From: an uncultured Gammaproteobacteria bacterium
Lineage (GTDB): Bacteria > Patescibacteriota > Patescibacteriia > Magasanikbacterales > UBA922
Direction: 5' to 3'
Assembly (NCBI GenBank): GCA_964345045.1
Contig: CAYFPM010000002.1
Coordinates: 219,481-283,480 of the forward strand
DNA: 64,000 bases
Made by a program: the position numbers and the translations under genes. The notes under the pieces are model-generated. The model was given only the letters and a program-made list of their open reading frames with translations. It did not search any database and was not told the origin of the DNA. Positions 46,017 to 56,894 of the stretch are shown one piece after another. Position 1 is the first letter of the stretch. Each line of letters opens with the position of its first letter.

Positions 46017-46970
46017 GTGGATTCTTTGAAAAAAATTTCGTGGATGCTCGGTGGTGGATCTGTGGACTGGATCATGCGCTGCCTCGCGCTCGTAGGGGGC
46101 ATCGTCGTCGCAGTACTAGGGGTAATTCCCAATGCCTTGCGTCGATGGAAGGCCATGATGCCCTCGGTCAAAGGTAAGAACGTCTTGATCGTCGGTGTCC
46201 AGAGTGGCAACATCGGCTTCTACATCGCCCAGTTCTGCGTGAGCCTTGGGGCACATGTCACCATCGCGTCACGGAACAAGAGTGGTCAGCTATCATCGCT
46301 AGCAGAGGTGATCGGAGAGGTTGGCACAGGCACGTGCCAGTATCTCACCATCGACGTAGCTAGCCGGGAAGACGACATCGTCCGTTCGTTGGAGGATCAG
46401 GCGGCATTCGACATCATCGTGTGGAGCGTCGCCTTCGTCAAGGATCTGGATATCATCTCCGCGGATGAAGAGGCTCTTCGAGAGAATGCGAGATCGTGTT
46501 TCGATATCAACGCTTCTGCGTACGCACATCTCATGCGCTCATTGATTCGTGCCGGCAAGCTTGGCAACGATGCACGGGTGCTCGTGATGAGCAGCCTGGC
46601 GGAGCGACTTGGGACGCGATCTGGCGCAGCGTACGCTGCTTCCAAAGCTGGTCTGCGTCGTCTGGCCGAGAGTCTGGAGATGTGGGCCAAGAAGAATGGT
46701 CACTCCTGGCGAACGACGTACGTCCTCTGCGGCGCGGTGAACACCGGGTTGTGGAATGACGACATGGATGTCGGCAAGAATGCACGACAGAAGATGGCAG
46801 ACCCGGAGAAGGTTGCCAAAGCAGCCGTGGATGGCCTCATGCGGGGCAAGCGTGAGATCATCTTCGAGCCACCGATGTGGCTCATGCTCGTCTGGCGATC
46901 TTTAGGACTTGTCGATGAAGACACTGTTTATGGGGAAGGAGAAAAAGCGATCGAAGCGATTCGAAAGTGA
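46017..46970 (+). CDS. short-chain dehydrogenase/reductase (SDR) family oxidoreductase with an N-terminal TM helix (GC-rich islet F)
   Basis: GTG start 5 nt after AAAGGAGG. Gly-rich NAD(P) motif KNVLIVGVQSGNIGFYIA and catalytic SSL...YAASKAG (S, YxxxK). About 60% GC. Confidence 0.6.
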   Translation: MDSLKKISWMLGGGSVDWIMRCLALVGGIVVAVLGVIPNALRRWKAMMPSVKGKNVLIVGVQSGNIGFYIAQFCVSLGAHVTIASRNKSGQLSSLAEVIGEVGTGTCQYLTIDVASREDDIVRSLEDQAAFDIIVWSVAFVKDLDIISADEEALRENARSCFDINASAYAHLMRSLIRAGKLGNDARVLVMSSLAERLGTRSGAAYAASKAGLRRLAESLEMWAKKNGHSWRTTYVLCGAVNTGLWNDDMDVGKNARQKMADPEKVAKAAVDGLMRGKREIIFEPPMWLMLVWRSLGLVDEDTVYGEGEKAIEAIRK

Positions 46971-47054
46971 GGACAACTAACCCCGCGCGCTGGCAGAATA
47001 TGTCGGCGCGCGGGGGGAGGTTCAATTTTTATTGAAGTATATAAAAATAGTGTA

Positions 47055-47080
47055 AACCGACTCCAAAGTCGGATTTTTTA
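47055..47080 (+). terminator. rho-independent terminator
   Basis: ccgact-ccaa-agtcgg followed by ATTTTTT. Preceded by a 10-bp GC stem ccccgcgcgc...gcgcgcgggg. Confidence 0.55.
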
Positions 47081-47166
47081 TTTGACATTTTGGGTTTGAA
47101 TTGGTTTTATAATGGTCGGTTTGGTCGGGGAAGGAAAAGAACTCGACTATTCCAGAAGGGATCCAG

Positions 47167-47508
47167 ATGGAAATTTGGAGAGTAGAAGTGATCAACTATT
47201 TTCTTAGAATGGCCTTGAAGGTTTTCGAGTTGGCAGTCGTAGAAACGCTGTTGTGGATGATCTTGGCCATTTTGGGAGTAGGAGTTTTGCTCTATCTCGC
47301 TTTGGTAGATCGCGATATGGCCCACTTCGTTCTGATGGCCATTCGAGACGCCCTCTTGGAAGGAGGACAAGAGGTGAGAATTTTTACCCAAAGACTCTTC
47401 CAAGGGGCTTGGGGTAATCTGGAGAATCATGGAGGACTCGACGGTTTGGTTGGAGGATTTGCCGACCGTTTGTTGGCCCGGTTTACTCCACCATTTTCCC
47501 TCTATTAG
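47167..47508 (+). CDS. hypothetical membrane protein (GC-rich islet F, second ORF)
   Basis: 113 aa with a hydrophobic core (LLWMILAILGVGVLLYLALV). GAAGGG lies upstream of the ATG, and a TTGACA-18-TATAAT promoter at 47082-47115. Confidence 0.4.
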   Translation: MEIWRVEVINYFLRMALKVFELAVVETLLWMILAILGVGVLLYLALVDRDMAHFVLMAIRDALLEGGQEVRIFTQRLFQGAWGNLENHGGLDGLVGGFADRLLARFTPPFSLY

Positions 47509-47562
47509 AATCGTATCACGGGGCTGCACATCTTTTGTGTGTAGATGCGATTCCTTAAATTC

Positions 47563-47597
47563 AAAAAAAACTGCACTTTTTGGGTGCAGGTTTTTTA
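47563..47597. terminator. bidirectional terminator
   Basis: A-run, ctgcac-tttttgg-gtgcag, T-run. Confidence 0.55.
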
Positions 47598-47603
47598 TTT
47601 TGG

Positions 47604-49637
<2,034 letters not shown>

Positions 49638-49640
49638 TTT

Positions 49641-50600
49641 CTATCCTCTTACCATAACAAATCCAATGTAACCAATATAGAGAAGCACCAGCATAATGGC
49701 CTCGCCACGGTCTAGCCTATGACCATCTTTGCCACCGTTAAACATAGCAAAAAATAGGACTACTGCTGCTCCACCAGCAACCATAATATCGGTGTTTACT
49801 GCCGGCCCTACGGCCATCGGAGAAATAATTGGGGTAATACCAAGTACCCACAAAACATTGAAAAGGTTTGATCCAACTACATTTCCTACAGCCAGATCTA
49901 CATGGCCTTTGTAAGCGGCAATTGCCGAAGTAACCAACTCTGGCAGAGAGGTCCCGATAGCTGTAATAGTAAGACCAATAAAAAGTTCAGATAGCCCGGC
50001 CAGTCTAGCCAAGATAATTCCATTGTCTACCAAAAGTTTACCTCCAAATGTTAGTCCTAAAATACCAGCAATTATTAATGTAATGGATTTTGACCAACTA
50101 TGAACCTCTACATTTTCTCTACTTCCTTCGGCTTTTGTTAGGCCATAGGTGTAGTAGATAAAAATGATAAAGAAAGAAATAAGTACCAAACCATCGGCCT
50201 GAGTTAACATGTTTTTTCCACCTCCACCAATAGTAGTATCATTGGCCAAAAAGAATAAAACCAAAACTGCCAAAATCCCAAAAGGAATTTCTTTCCAAAC
50301 AGTGGAACTTTTTACTGTTAAAGGTCTTATTATCCCGGCTATACCTAGGACCAAGAGGATGTTTGATATATTTGAACCCAAGATATTACCAATTGCGATG
50401 TCGGAAGAACCTTTTAGAGCCGAAAAGATATTTACAATTAATTCTGGTGCCGAAGTTCCAAAGGCCACAACTGTAAGACCTATTACAATGGTAGATACAT
50501 TCATTTTTCTAGCCATGCTAGCGGCTCCACGGACAAATAAATCCCCACCAAAGAGTAATACAGCTAGACCGACAATCACTAAGATAATTGATAAAAGCAT
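49641..50600 (-). CDS. Ca2+/cation antiporter (CaCA family, YrbG-like)
   Basis: 319 aa. Two alpha-repeat motifs: GTSAPELIV...GNILGSNI and GTSLPELVTS...GNVVGSNLFN. Confidence 0.85.
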   Translation of the reverse strand: MLLSIILVIVGLAVLLFGGDLFVRGAASMARKMNVSTIVIGLTVVAFGTSAPELIVNIFSALKGSSDIAIGNILGSNISNILLVLGIAGIIRPLTVKSSTVWKEIPFGILAVLVLFFLANDTTIGGGGKNMLTQADGLVLISFFIIFIYYTYGLTKAEGSRENVEVHSWSKSITLIIAGILGLTFGGKLLVDNGIILARLAGLSELFIGLTITAIGTSLPELVTSAIAAYKGHVDLAVGNVVGSNLFNVLWVLGITPIISPMAVGPAVNTDIMVAGGAAVVLFFAMFNGGKDGHRLDRGEAIMLVLLYIGYIGFVMVRG

Positions 50601-50691
50601 AATACAGAGTTATGTATAATGGGTTCATTATATAGGGTAGGGGAAGGTTTTTCAATCTGTTAGATAATGGAATTGTTGGGACAGTTGTTTT

Positions 50692-51636
50692 TTATTTTAA
50701 TATTATCTTTTGTCCATAAACCTTTTCGTATCTCTTTTCAAATTCTTCTATAGTATATTCATGATTTTGTGTGCCGTATTTTTCTACGGCATAGGTAGCA
50801 GCTACACTGCCCACCTGGCCACAGACTTGTAGATTTTCTCCATTTGCATAGGCAGTAAAAAATCCGGCTCGGTAAGCATCACCGGCGCCGGTGGGATCGT
50901 CTACAGATAGAGCTTGGCAAGGTTGTATCTCTAAAATTTCGTCTTTGGTACGGATTATAGATCCTTTGTCTCCCAAAGTAAGTATCATTATTTCTACATG
51001 TTTTAGCATTTCTTCTGGACCCCAACCGGTTTTTTCTTGAATCATTTTCATTTCGTAGTCATTGGCAATTAAAAATTTGGCTTGACCTACCAAGAGCATT
51101 AATTCCTGGGCAGAAAAAGCTGTAATTTGTTGACCTGGGTCAAATACAACTGGAATATTTTTTTCAGCACATTCTTTTACATGTTTTATCATAGCGTCTT
51201 TGTCGGTTGGGCCGACTATAGCTACATCAATTTTTTCTTCTACGTTTTTTACATGTAGCCCTGTTGCTTCGCTACCAGCACCAGGATAAAAGGCAATTAT
51301 CTGATTGTCGTCTTTGTCTGTAGTAATGTGAGCCGAAGAAGTATATTTGTCTTTTGACAAAGGCATATATTTGGTAGCAATTTCAAAAGAATTCATTCTA
51401 TCGATATAGTCTTGCCCATCTAGTCCAAGCGGGGCCATGATAATTGGGTCGCCACCAAGTAATTTTGTAGTATAGGCCATGTTGGCCGCGCAGCCACCAT
51501 ATTCTTTTTTTAATTTATCTACTACAAAAGAAACATTTAGAATATGTATTTGGTCTGGCAAAATATGATTTTTGAAACTGTCTGGAAAAGCCATGATGTA
51601 GTCGTAGGCGAGAGAGCCGGAGAAGAGGAGGGACAT
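50692..51636 (-). CDS. PfkB family carbohydrate/nucleoside kinase (ribokinase or adenosine kinase-like)
   Basis: 314 aa. GG motif EYGGCAAN and signature DPTGAGDAYRAGFF. Confidence 0.8.
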   Translation of the reverse strand: MSLLFSGSLAYDYIMAFPDSFKNHILPDQIHILNVSFVVDKLKKEYGGCAANMAYTTKLLGGDPIIMAPLGLDGQDYIDRMNSFEIATKYMPLSKDKYTSSAHITTDKDDNQIIAFYPGAGSEATGLHVKNVEEKIDVAIVGPTDKDAMIKHVKECAEKNIPVVFDPGQQITAFSAQELMLLVGQAKFLIANDYEMKMIQEKTGWGPEEMLKHVEIMILTLGDKGSIIRTKDEILEIQPCQALSVDDPTGAGDAYRAGFFTAYANGENLQVCGQVGSVAATYAVEKYGTQNHEYTIEEFEKRYEKVYGQKIILK

Positions 51637-51729
51637 AGTAGTTAGGTGGTTAGGGAATTAGGTGATTAGTTATTAGGTTTTTGTTTGTAGTTACCCTGAG
51701 CGAAGTCGAAGGATCTTTTTGTAAACAAA

Positions 51730-52548
51730 TTATTTATTGATATTATTCAAAAAATTATTATAAAGTTTAATTAACTCTTTGATATTTTTGGCAATAGATT
51801 CAAACTCAAACTGATCTATTGATTTGATCGGCACAATTTTTCCGGAGGTGTGGGTGAGAAAAGCGCCGTCAAAATTGTTAATCTCTTTTAGCTCAACAGC
51901 TTCTTCCTTTTGCTCAAATCCATTTTCTAAGGCACATTCTAGTACTGTTTGCCTAGTAATGCCATTCAATATTTTATCTTCCTGGGCACTGTACAGGGTT
52001 TTGTCTTTTATCGCAAAAAAATTAGACCTAGTCCCTTCCAGAATATTACCGTTTTTATCTAGCAGCAGAGCATCGTGAGCACCGGCTGCTTTGGCCTCTC
52101 TAAAAATCAGATAACTGGGCAGCATATTTAAAGATTTGGCGTTTGGCAAAAATCTTTCGTAGGTTTTGGCAATAGTATGTACTCCAATTTTGTAAAATTT
52201 TTTATCCAAAAATTTTGGAGCCAGCATCATTATATACAAATTGGCTTCGGCCGCTGTTTTGCCCCCAAGCAAGATCATTTTTATATTGATAGATTCTTGG
52301 TTGTTTTTTTCTTTCAAATCCAAAATATAAGATTTGATTATTTCATGAGAAAACGTATGTTCTAGACCTAGTATTTCGGCCGATTCAAACAATCTTGCAA
52401 TATGCTTATCCAAAAAGAAAATTTTGTCATTTCTTAATTTAATTGTTTCATAAACCCCGAAACCATAAGTAAGTTCTATGTTTTTTATAGAGATTTTGGC
52501 ATCTGTTTCTTTTATCAAATTTCCATTGTGTGAGATAAATAATTCCAT
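51730..52548 (-). CDS. PLP fold type IV aminotransferase (branched-chain/D-amino-acid aminotransferase or ADC lyase family)
   Basis: 272 aa. GFGVYETIK, HIARLFESAEIL and a class IV fold. Confidence 0.7.
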   Translation of the reverse strand: MELFISHNGNLIKETDAKISIKNIELTYGFGVYETIKLRNDKIFFLDKHIARLFESAEILGLEHTFSHEIIKSYILDLKEKNNQESINIKMILLGGKTAAEANLYIMMLAPKFLDKKFYKIGVHTIAKTYERFLPNAKSLNMLPSYLIFREAKAAGAHDALLLDKNGNILEGTRSNFFAIKDKTLYSAQEDKILNGITRQTVLECALENGFEQKEEAVELKEINNFDGAFLTHTSGKIVPIKSIDQFEFESIAKNIKELIKLYNNFLNNINK

Positions 52549-52590
52549 ACTAGAAAAATGCCACTATTTATAGGTAGTGGCATTTGTAAT

Positions 52591-53304
52591 TTAGTTTTCT
52601 TCGGTTGTTTCGGCAGATTTTACTCCGTAATTTATGTCTGGAGTAACTATTCCTCCGTTGGCTACAATAGCTTCTTCCAAAAGAGCCGAAAATCCACTAC
52701 TGCTTCCGGGAGCTTGGATAAGTTCTCCGTTTAATAAAAATGAAGGAGTGGAGTTTAATTTGAGTTTGTTGGCACTAGAAAGATCAGACAAAACAGCATC
52801 TCTGGACTCTGTATTGGAGTAGTCGCTAGTAAATTGATCTATGTCCAATCCAAGTTCTTCTGCATAAGATACAAAAAATCCGTCTGGGCTGCCGTGGCCG
52901 GCTGACCAAAAGTTTTGTTTCTCATAAAGAATGTCGTGCATTTCCCAGAACTTGCCTTGCTTACCGGCGGCTTCGGAGGCTCTGGCAGCAGGCAAGGCGT
53001 GAGGATGAATTTGTGTAAGAGGGAAGTGGCGATAAACAAAATTTACCGAACTACCATATTTGCTTTGCATTTCTTTTAGGACTGCTTGGTAGGCCGAACA
53101 AGCGGGGCATTGGAAGTCGCCATATTCTATCAAAGTTACTTTGGCTTCGCTGTTTCCTTTGGTCCAATCTTCGGCATTTACTTCTGTGGGGTTACCTTCG
53201 AAATTGCTGGCAGCTCCACCACGATTGGCCAAGATATCTAGTAGAACAAATAGTCCGATTAGCGCTATTACATAGATAGTAAAATTGGATTTCTTTTTTG
53301 CCAT
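52591..53304 (-). CDS. DsbA-like thioredoxin-fold thiol:disulfide oxidoreductase, membrane anchored
   Basis: 237 aa. N-terminal TM helix and GDFQCPACSAY (CxxC) active site. Confidence 0.75.
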   Translation of the reverse strand: MAKKKSNFTIYVIALIGLFVLLDILANRGGAASNFEGNPTEVNAEDWTKGNSEAKVTLIEYGDFQCPACSAYQAVLKEMQSKYGSSVNFVYRHFPLTQIHPHALPAARASEAAGKQGKFWEMHDILYEKQNFWSAGHGSPDGFFVSYAEELGLDIDQFTSDYSNTESRDAVLSDLSSANKLKLNSTPSFLLNGELIQAPGSSSGFSALLEEAIVANGGIVTPDINYGVKSAETTEEN

Positions 53305-53406
53305 ATTTTAGGTTATTAGTATATTAGTGATTTTGGTATTTGTGGATTGGTTTTCATATCTTAACGGAGTTAAGCAAGTAGTTCAAGGTCTGGATAACAT
53401 TTAATA

Positions 53407-53518
53407 TGTGCGAATTCCGAATTCCGACTACGTCGGTACGAATATACGAATACTAGAAATTATTCATCAATATTCTATTTAGAATATTCGTAAATTCGTA
53501 TCATTCGTAATTCGTACA
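53407..53518. repeat. MITE-like inverted-repeat element, copy 5 (112 bp)
   Basis: Forward units tgtgcgaattccgaattccga...gtacgaatatacgaata and reverse units tattcgtaaattcgta...attcgtaattcgtaca around an internal gaatattctatttagaatattc palindrome. Confidence 0.7.
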
Positions 53519-53524
53519 TTCTTT

Positions 53525-54778
53525 TTATTCTTTCCGTATCGCCACAATCGGATCCATGCTGGCAGCTTTTTTGGCTGGATAAATCCCAAAGATAAGGCCA
53601 ACTGCAGTAGCAAAACCGAGACTTAGGAAAATAGAAAAGATCGAAATAGAAAATTGCCAGTTTAGCCCAAAAGATTGAGCCAAAATACTAATTACAAAAG
53701 ATATAATTACCCCAATAATTAAACCAAAAATTCCACCAAACAAAGTTATTACAATCGCTTCAGTCAAAAATTGCCATAGAATATCTTTTTTAGAAGCCCC
53801 GACCGCTTTTCTAAGTCCAATTTCAAAAGTGCGTTCGGCTACAGATACGTACATTACATTCATAATTCCTACTCCGGCTACGGCCAGAGAGATTGCTGCC
53901 AGCCCTACCAATAGCCAAGTAATACCTAGAAAAATAGTGTCTACGATTGCCATAGACTCTTCCATAGTAATTACTGCAAAGTCATCTTTGTCTGGATCTG
54001 TAATGTCGTGGCGCTCTCTTACTAGCCAGCGCATTTCTTCGGCAGTAATTTCGGCAATATCATTGTTTATGGTTTGGGCGACTATAAATAAAACATGATC
54101 AATCCCCATTATTTTTTTCTGTACCGTTTTTAGAGGGATATAAGCCACTTCGTCAAAATTGAAAAATCCAGTCACCCCACGTCTTTTCATTACGCCAACC
54201 ACTCTATAACTTTTTTTGTCTACTTTTACTGTTTTTCCAACCGGATTATCATTAAAAAACAAATCTTCGGCCAGGTCTGCGCCCAGAACTATTATTTGGG
54301 CTGTAGAATTATTTTCTTCTTCAGTAAAACTTCTACCGTTGCCAATTTCTCCTTTGTCGATTTCAAAAAAACCTGGAGTTACTGCAAACAAAGTTGGTCT
54401 TTTTCTCTGATCTTGGTAACTAATAGTGGATTGTCCAATTACACCAGAATAAACTCTTTTTATATTATCTAGTTTTTCTATTGCCTCGGCATCGTCTTCG
54501 GTAAGGGTGGTAATGCTAACTCCCCTGGCAATACCGGCGGCATTTTCTTGCGAGACTTGTTTTGTTGCTGGAACTTTTATTTCTACCTCTATCCAATCGT
54601 CTCCAAAAGATTCTACTTCTCCAAGCACCAACCCTTTTAGTGCATTACCTGCCGACAATACAATAATAACTAGGGCAATACCAATGGTAATACCAAACAA
54701 AGTCAAGACAGTTCGGCTACGGTTTTTGCGCAGAACTTGCCAAACTATGGGTAGAGCGATGTTTTTTATGTTTTTCAT
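53525..54778 (-). CDS. ABC transporter permease, FtsX/MacB-like (permease 2)
   Basis: 417 aa. N-terminal TM, large periplasmic domain, C-terminal FtsX 3-TM bundle. Confidence 0.8.
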   Translation of the reverse strand: MKNIKNIALPIVWQVLRKNRSRTVLTLFGITIGIALVIIVLSAGNALKGLVLGEVESFGDDWIEVEIKVPATKQVSQENAAGIARGVSITTLTEDDAEAIEKLDNIKRVYSGVIGQSTISYQDQRKRPTLFAVTPGFFEIDKGEIGNGRSFTEEENNSTAQIIVLGADLAEDLFFNDNPVGKTVKVDKKSYRVVGVMKRRGVTGFFNFDEVAYIPLKTVQKKIMGIDHVLFIVAQTINNDIAEITAEEMRWLVRERHDITDPDKDDFAVITMEESMAIVDTIFLGITWLLVGLAAISLAVAGVGIMNVMYVSVAERTFEIGLRKAVGASKKDILWQFLTEAIVITLFGGIFGLIIGVIISFVISILAQSFGLNWQFSISIFSIFLSLGFATAVGLIFGIYPAKKAASMDPIVAIRKE

Positions 54779-54780
54779 TT

Positions 54781-54840
54781 TAGCGTTTAGGTAGTAGCGT
54801 ATAGCGTTTAGTTTTTTAAAATCCTAAACGCTATACGCTA
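54781..54840. repeat. palindromic intercistronic element built from the TAGCGTTTAG unit
   Basis: 17-bp perfect inverted repeat tagcgtatagcgtttag / ctaaacgctatacgcta with a 12-nt loop, preceded by a tagcgtttag half-copy. Confidence 0.65.
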
Positions 54841-54852
54841 AAAACTATTCGC

Positions 54853-56055
54853 TTACTCATAATGTAATGCTTCGATTGGATTCAACTTGGCAGCAGCTCT
54901 AGCCGGAGCCACTCCAAAAAGTAGACCAATTATCCCGGCAATAAATACAGATACGACAATTGCAATAGGAGAAATTATAAAATCGTAATTGTAACCTAGA
55001 TAATTTACCACTACAGAAATAAGATAAGACAGCAGCGTTCCACCTATAATACCGATAATTCCACCCAGAATAGACAATACCACTGTCTCAAACAAAAATT
55101 GCAAAAGAATATCTCTATTCGTAGCTCCTACAGCCTTGCGTAAGCCAACTTCTCGGGTTTTTTCTTTTACCGCAATTAGCATGATGTTCATAATCCCCAC
55201 ACCACCTACAAAAAGCGAAACGGCAGCGATAGCTACCAAGAAGAATCTAATGGCATTGGTCACGTTGGTTAAAATATCCAAAAAGTCAGCTGTGTTTCTT
55301 ACAGAAAAATCTTCTTCATCATGTCGTTCAATAAGAGTCTTTTTAACCTCTTCAACTGTTTGTGGAATTCTTTTTTCTTCGTCAACTCTTAATCGAATAA
55401 AAGAAACATGTTTGATCCCCAAGAGTTTTTGTTGGGCTGTTTTTAGGGGGATATAGGCAGATTGGTTGGGATTTTCAAAAAAAGTAGAAGCTTTTGGTTC
55501 TAGTACTCCAATAATTTTGAATCTTTTTTTCTTTAGTCTTATGGATTCTCCAACTGGATTTTGATTGCCAAAAATTTCTTCGGCCAAATCTGCTCCAAGT
55601 ACCATTAGATTTTCGGCAGCATTGGCTTCGTCTTCTGTAAAAAATCTTCCTTTTGCAATTTTTACTCTTTCAACTTTTTGGTAACTTTCTGTAGTACCGG
55701 TGTAGGTAATAGCTTTTTCAAAATCACCCCAACTAAAGACATCGTTTCCTGTAGTGTACGCAGCCACGTGTTCGGCATGGGCTACATTACTTTTTTTTTC
55801 AAGTGCTAGCGCATCTTCGTAGGTAAGCGTAGTAATAACAATACCAAAAGCCGCTGCCGGTGGACCATCTTCTTCAGAAGATCCTGGCAAGATAGCGATC
55901 ATGTCGGTTCCTTGTTGTTCTATTTGGTTGGTAATCAAACTCTGCGCTCCGGCTCCAATAGACATTACCAATACTACTGCCCCAATTCCAATCACAAGAC
56001 CAAGCATAGTCAAAAAAGAACGGCGTTTGTGAGCCGATAAAGATTGTAATGACAA
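54853..56055 (-). CDS. ABC transporter permease, FtsX/MacB-like (permease 1)
   Basis: 400 aa with the same architecture as the downstream permease. Confidence 0.8.
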   Translation of the reverse strand: MSLQSLSAHKRRSFLTMLGLVIGIGAVVLVMSIGAGAQSLITNQIEQQGTDMIAILPGSSEEDGPPAAAFGIVITTLTYEDALALEKKSNVAHAEHVAAYTTGNDVFSWGDFEKAITYTGTTESYQKVERVKIAKGRFFTEDEANAAENLMVLGADLAEEIFGNQNPVGESIRLKKKRFKIIGVLEPKASTFFENPNQSAYIPLKTAQQKLLGIKHVSFIRLRVDEEKRIPQTVEEVKKTLIERHDEEDFSVRNTADFLDILTNVTNAIRFFLVAIAAVSLFVGGVGIMNIMLIAVKEKTREVGLRKAVGATNRDILLQFLFETVVLSILGGIIGIIGGTLLSYLISVVVNYLGYNYDFIISPIAIVVSVFIAGIIGLLFGVAPARAAAKLNPIEALHYE

Positions 56056-56083
56056 ATGTAAGGCAGATTTTATTTTCAGAGAT

Positions 56084-56165
56084 TAGCGTTTAGCTGTTAG
56101 TGTCTAGTGTTTAGCCAATAGTGATGTAAGTAAGTTAAAAACTAAACGCTAGACGCTATAAGCTA
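56084..56165. repeat. second TAGCGTTTAG-family palindromic element
   Basis: tagcgtttagctgttagtgtctagtgtttagcc...ctaaacgctagacgctataagcta. Confidence 0.55.
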
Positions 56166-56176
56166 CCTACTATTAA

Positions 56177-56893
56177 TTATTTTTTCAATTGTCCATTTTC
56201 AGATAATCTTTGTTTTCCATTTTTTTTGTCAGAAGTGATTTTGCCGTCTTTGATATGGATAATTCTTTTGGCGTGTTTGGCAGTGTCTTCTTCGTGGGTT
56301 ACCATTATTACGGTACGGCCTTTTTTATTAATATCTTGTAGAATTTTCAAAATTTGATTTCCAGATTTGGAATCCAAATTACCAGTTGGTTCGTCGGCAA
56401 AAATTATGTCCGGGTCATTTACCAAAGCTCTGGCTATGGCTACTCGTTGTTTTTCTCCACCAGATAATTGATTGGATAAGTAATCTTTTCTATGAGATAG
56501 GCCCACAGATTCAATCGCTTTTTCAGCAAGTTTTTCACTGTCTTTTTCGCCGCTATAAATTAGAGGAAGTATAACATTTTCCATTACTGTGGTCCTTGGC
56601 AAAAGATTAAAAGATTGAAAAACAAAACCCACACTTTTGTTTCTCATTTTGGCAAGTTCTGCGTCGGCAATACTGCTTACATCTTTGCCACTGTATTTAT
56701 ATTGTCCGCTTGTGGTTGTGTCCAAAAAACTTAGTATATGCATCAAAGTAGATTTGCCAGAACCACTTGGACCCATAATCGCCACAAATTCTCCTTTTTC
56801 TATAGAAAAAGAAATCCCATGCAATATTTTGGTGACCACATCTTCGGTTTGATATTCTTTATGAATATCTTTTACATCTATTAGAGTAGTCAT
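56177..56893 (-). CDS. ABC transporter ATP-binding protein (MacB/LolD-type)
   Basis: 238 aa. Walker [10 protein letters not shown], signature [15 protein letters not shown], Walker B IIFADEPT. Confidence 0.9.
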   Translation of the reverse strand: MTTLIDVKDIHKEYQTEDVVTKILHGISFSIEKGEFVAIMGPSGSGKSTLMHILSFLDTTTSGQYKYSGKDVSSIADAELAKMRNKSVGFVFQSFNLLPRTTVMENVILPLIYSGEKDSEKLAEKAIESVGLSHRKDYLSNQLSGGEKQRVAIARALVNDPDIIFADEPTGNLDSKSGNQILKILQDINKKGRTVIMVTHEEDTAKHAKRIIHIKDGKITSDKKNGKQRLSENGQLKK

Positions 56894-56894
56894 A

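Noticed and set aside
47107-47529. 140-aa minus-strand ORF overlapping the 47167-47508 plus ORF
   Set aside because: It has a GTG start without an RBS, and a Gln/Ser-rich composition. The plus-strand ORF has an upstream promoter, an RBS-like GAAGGG and a TM-helix composition. Neither is certain.
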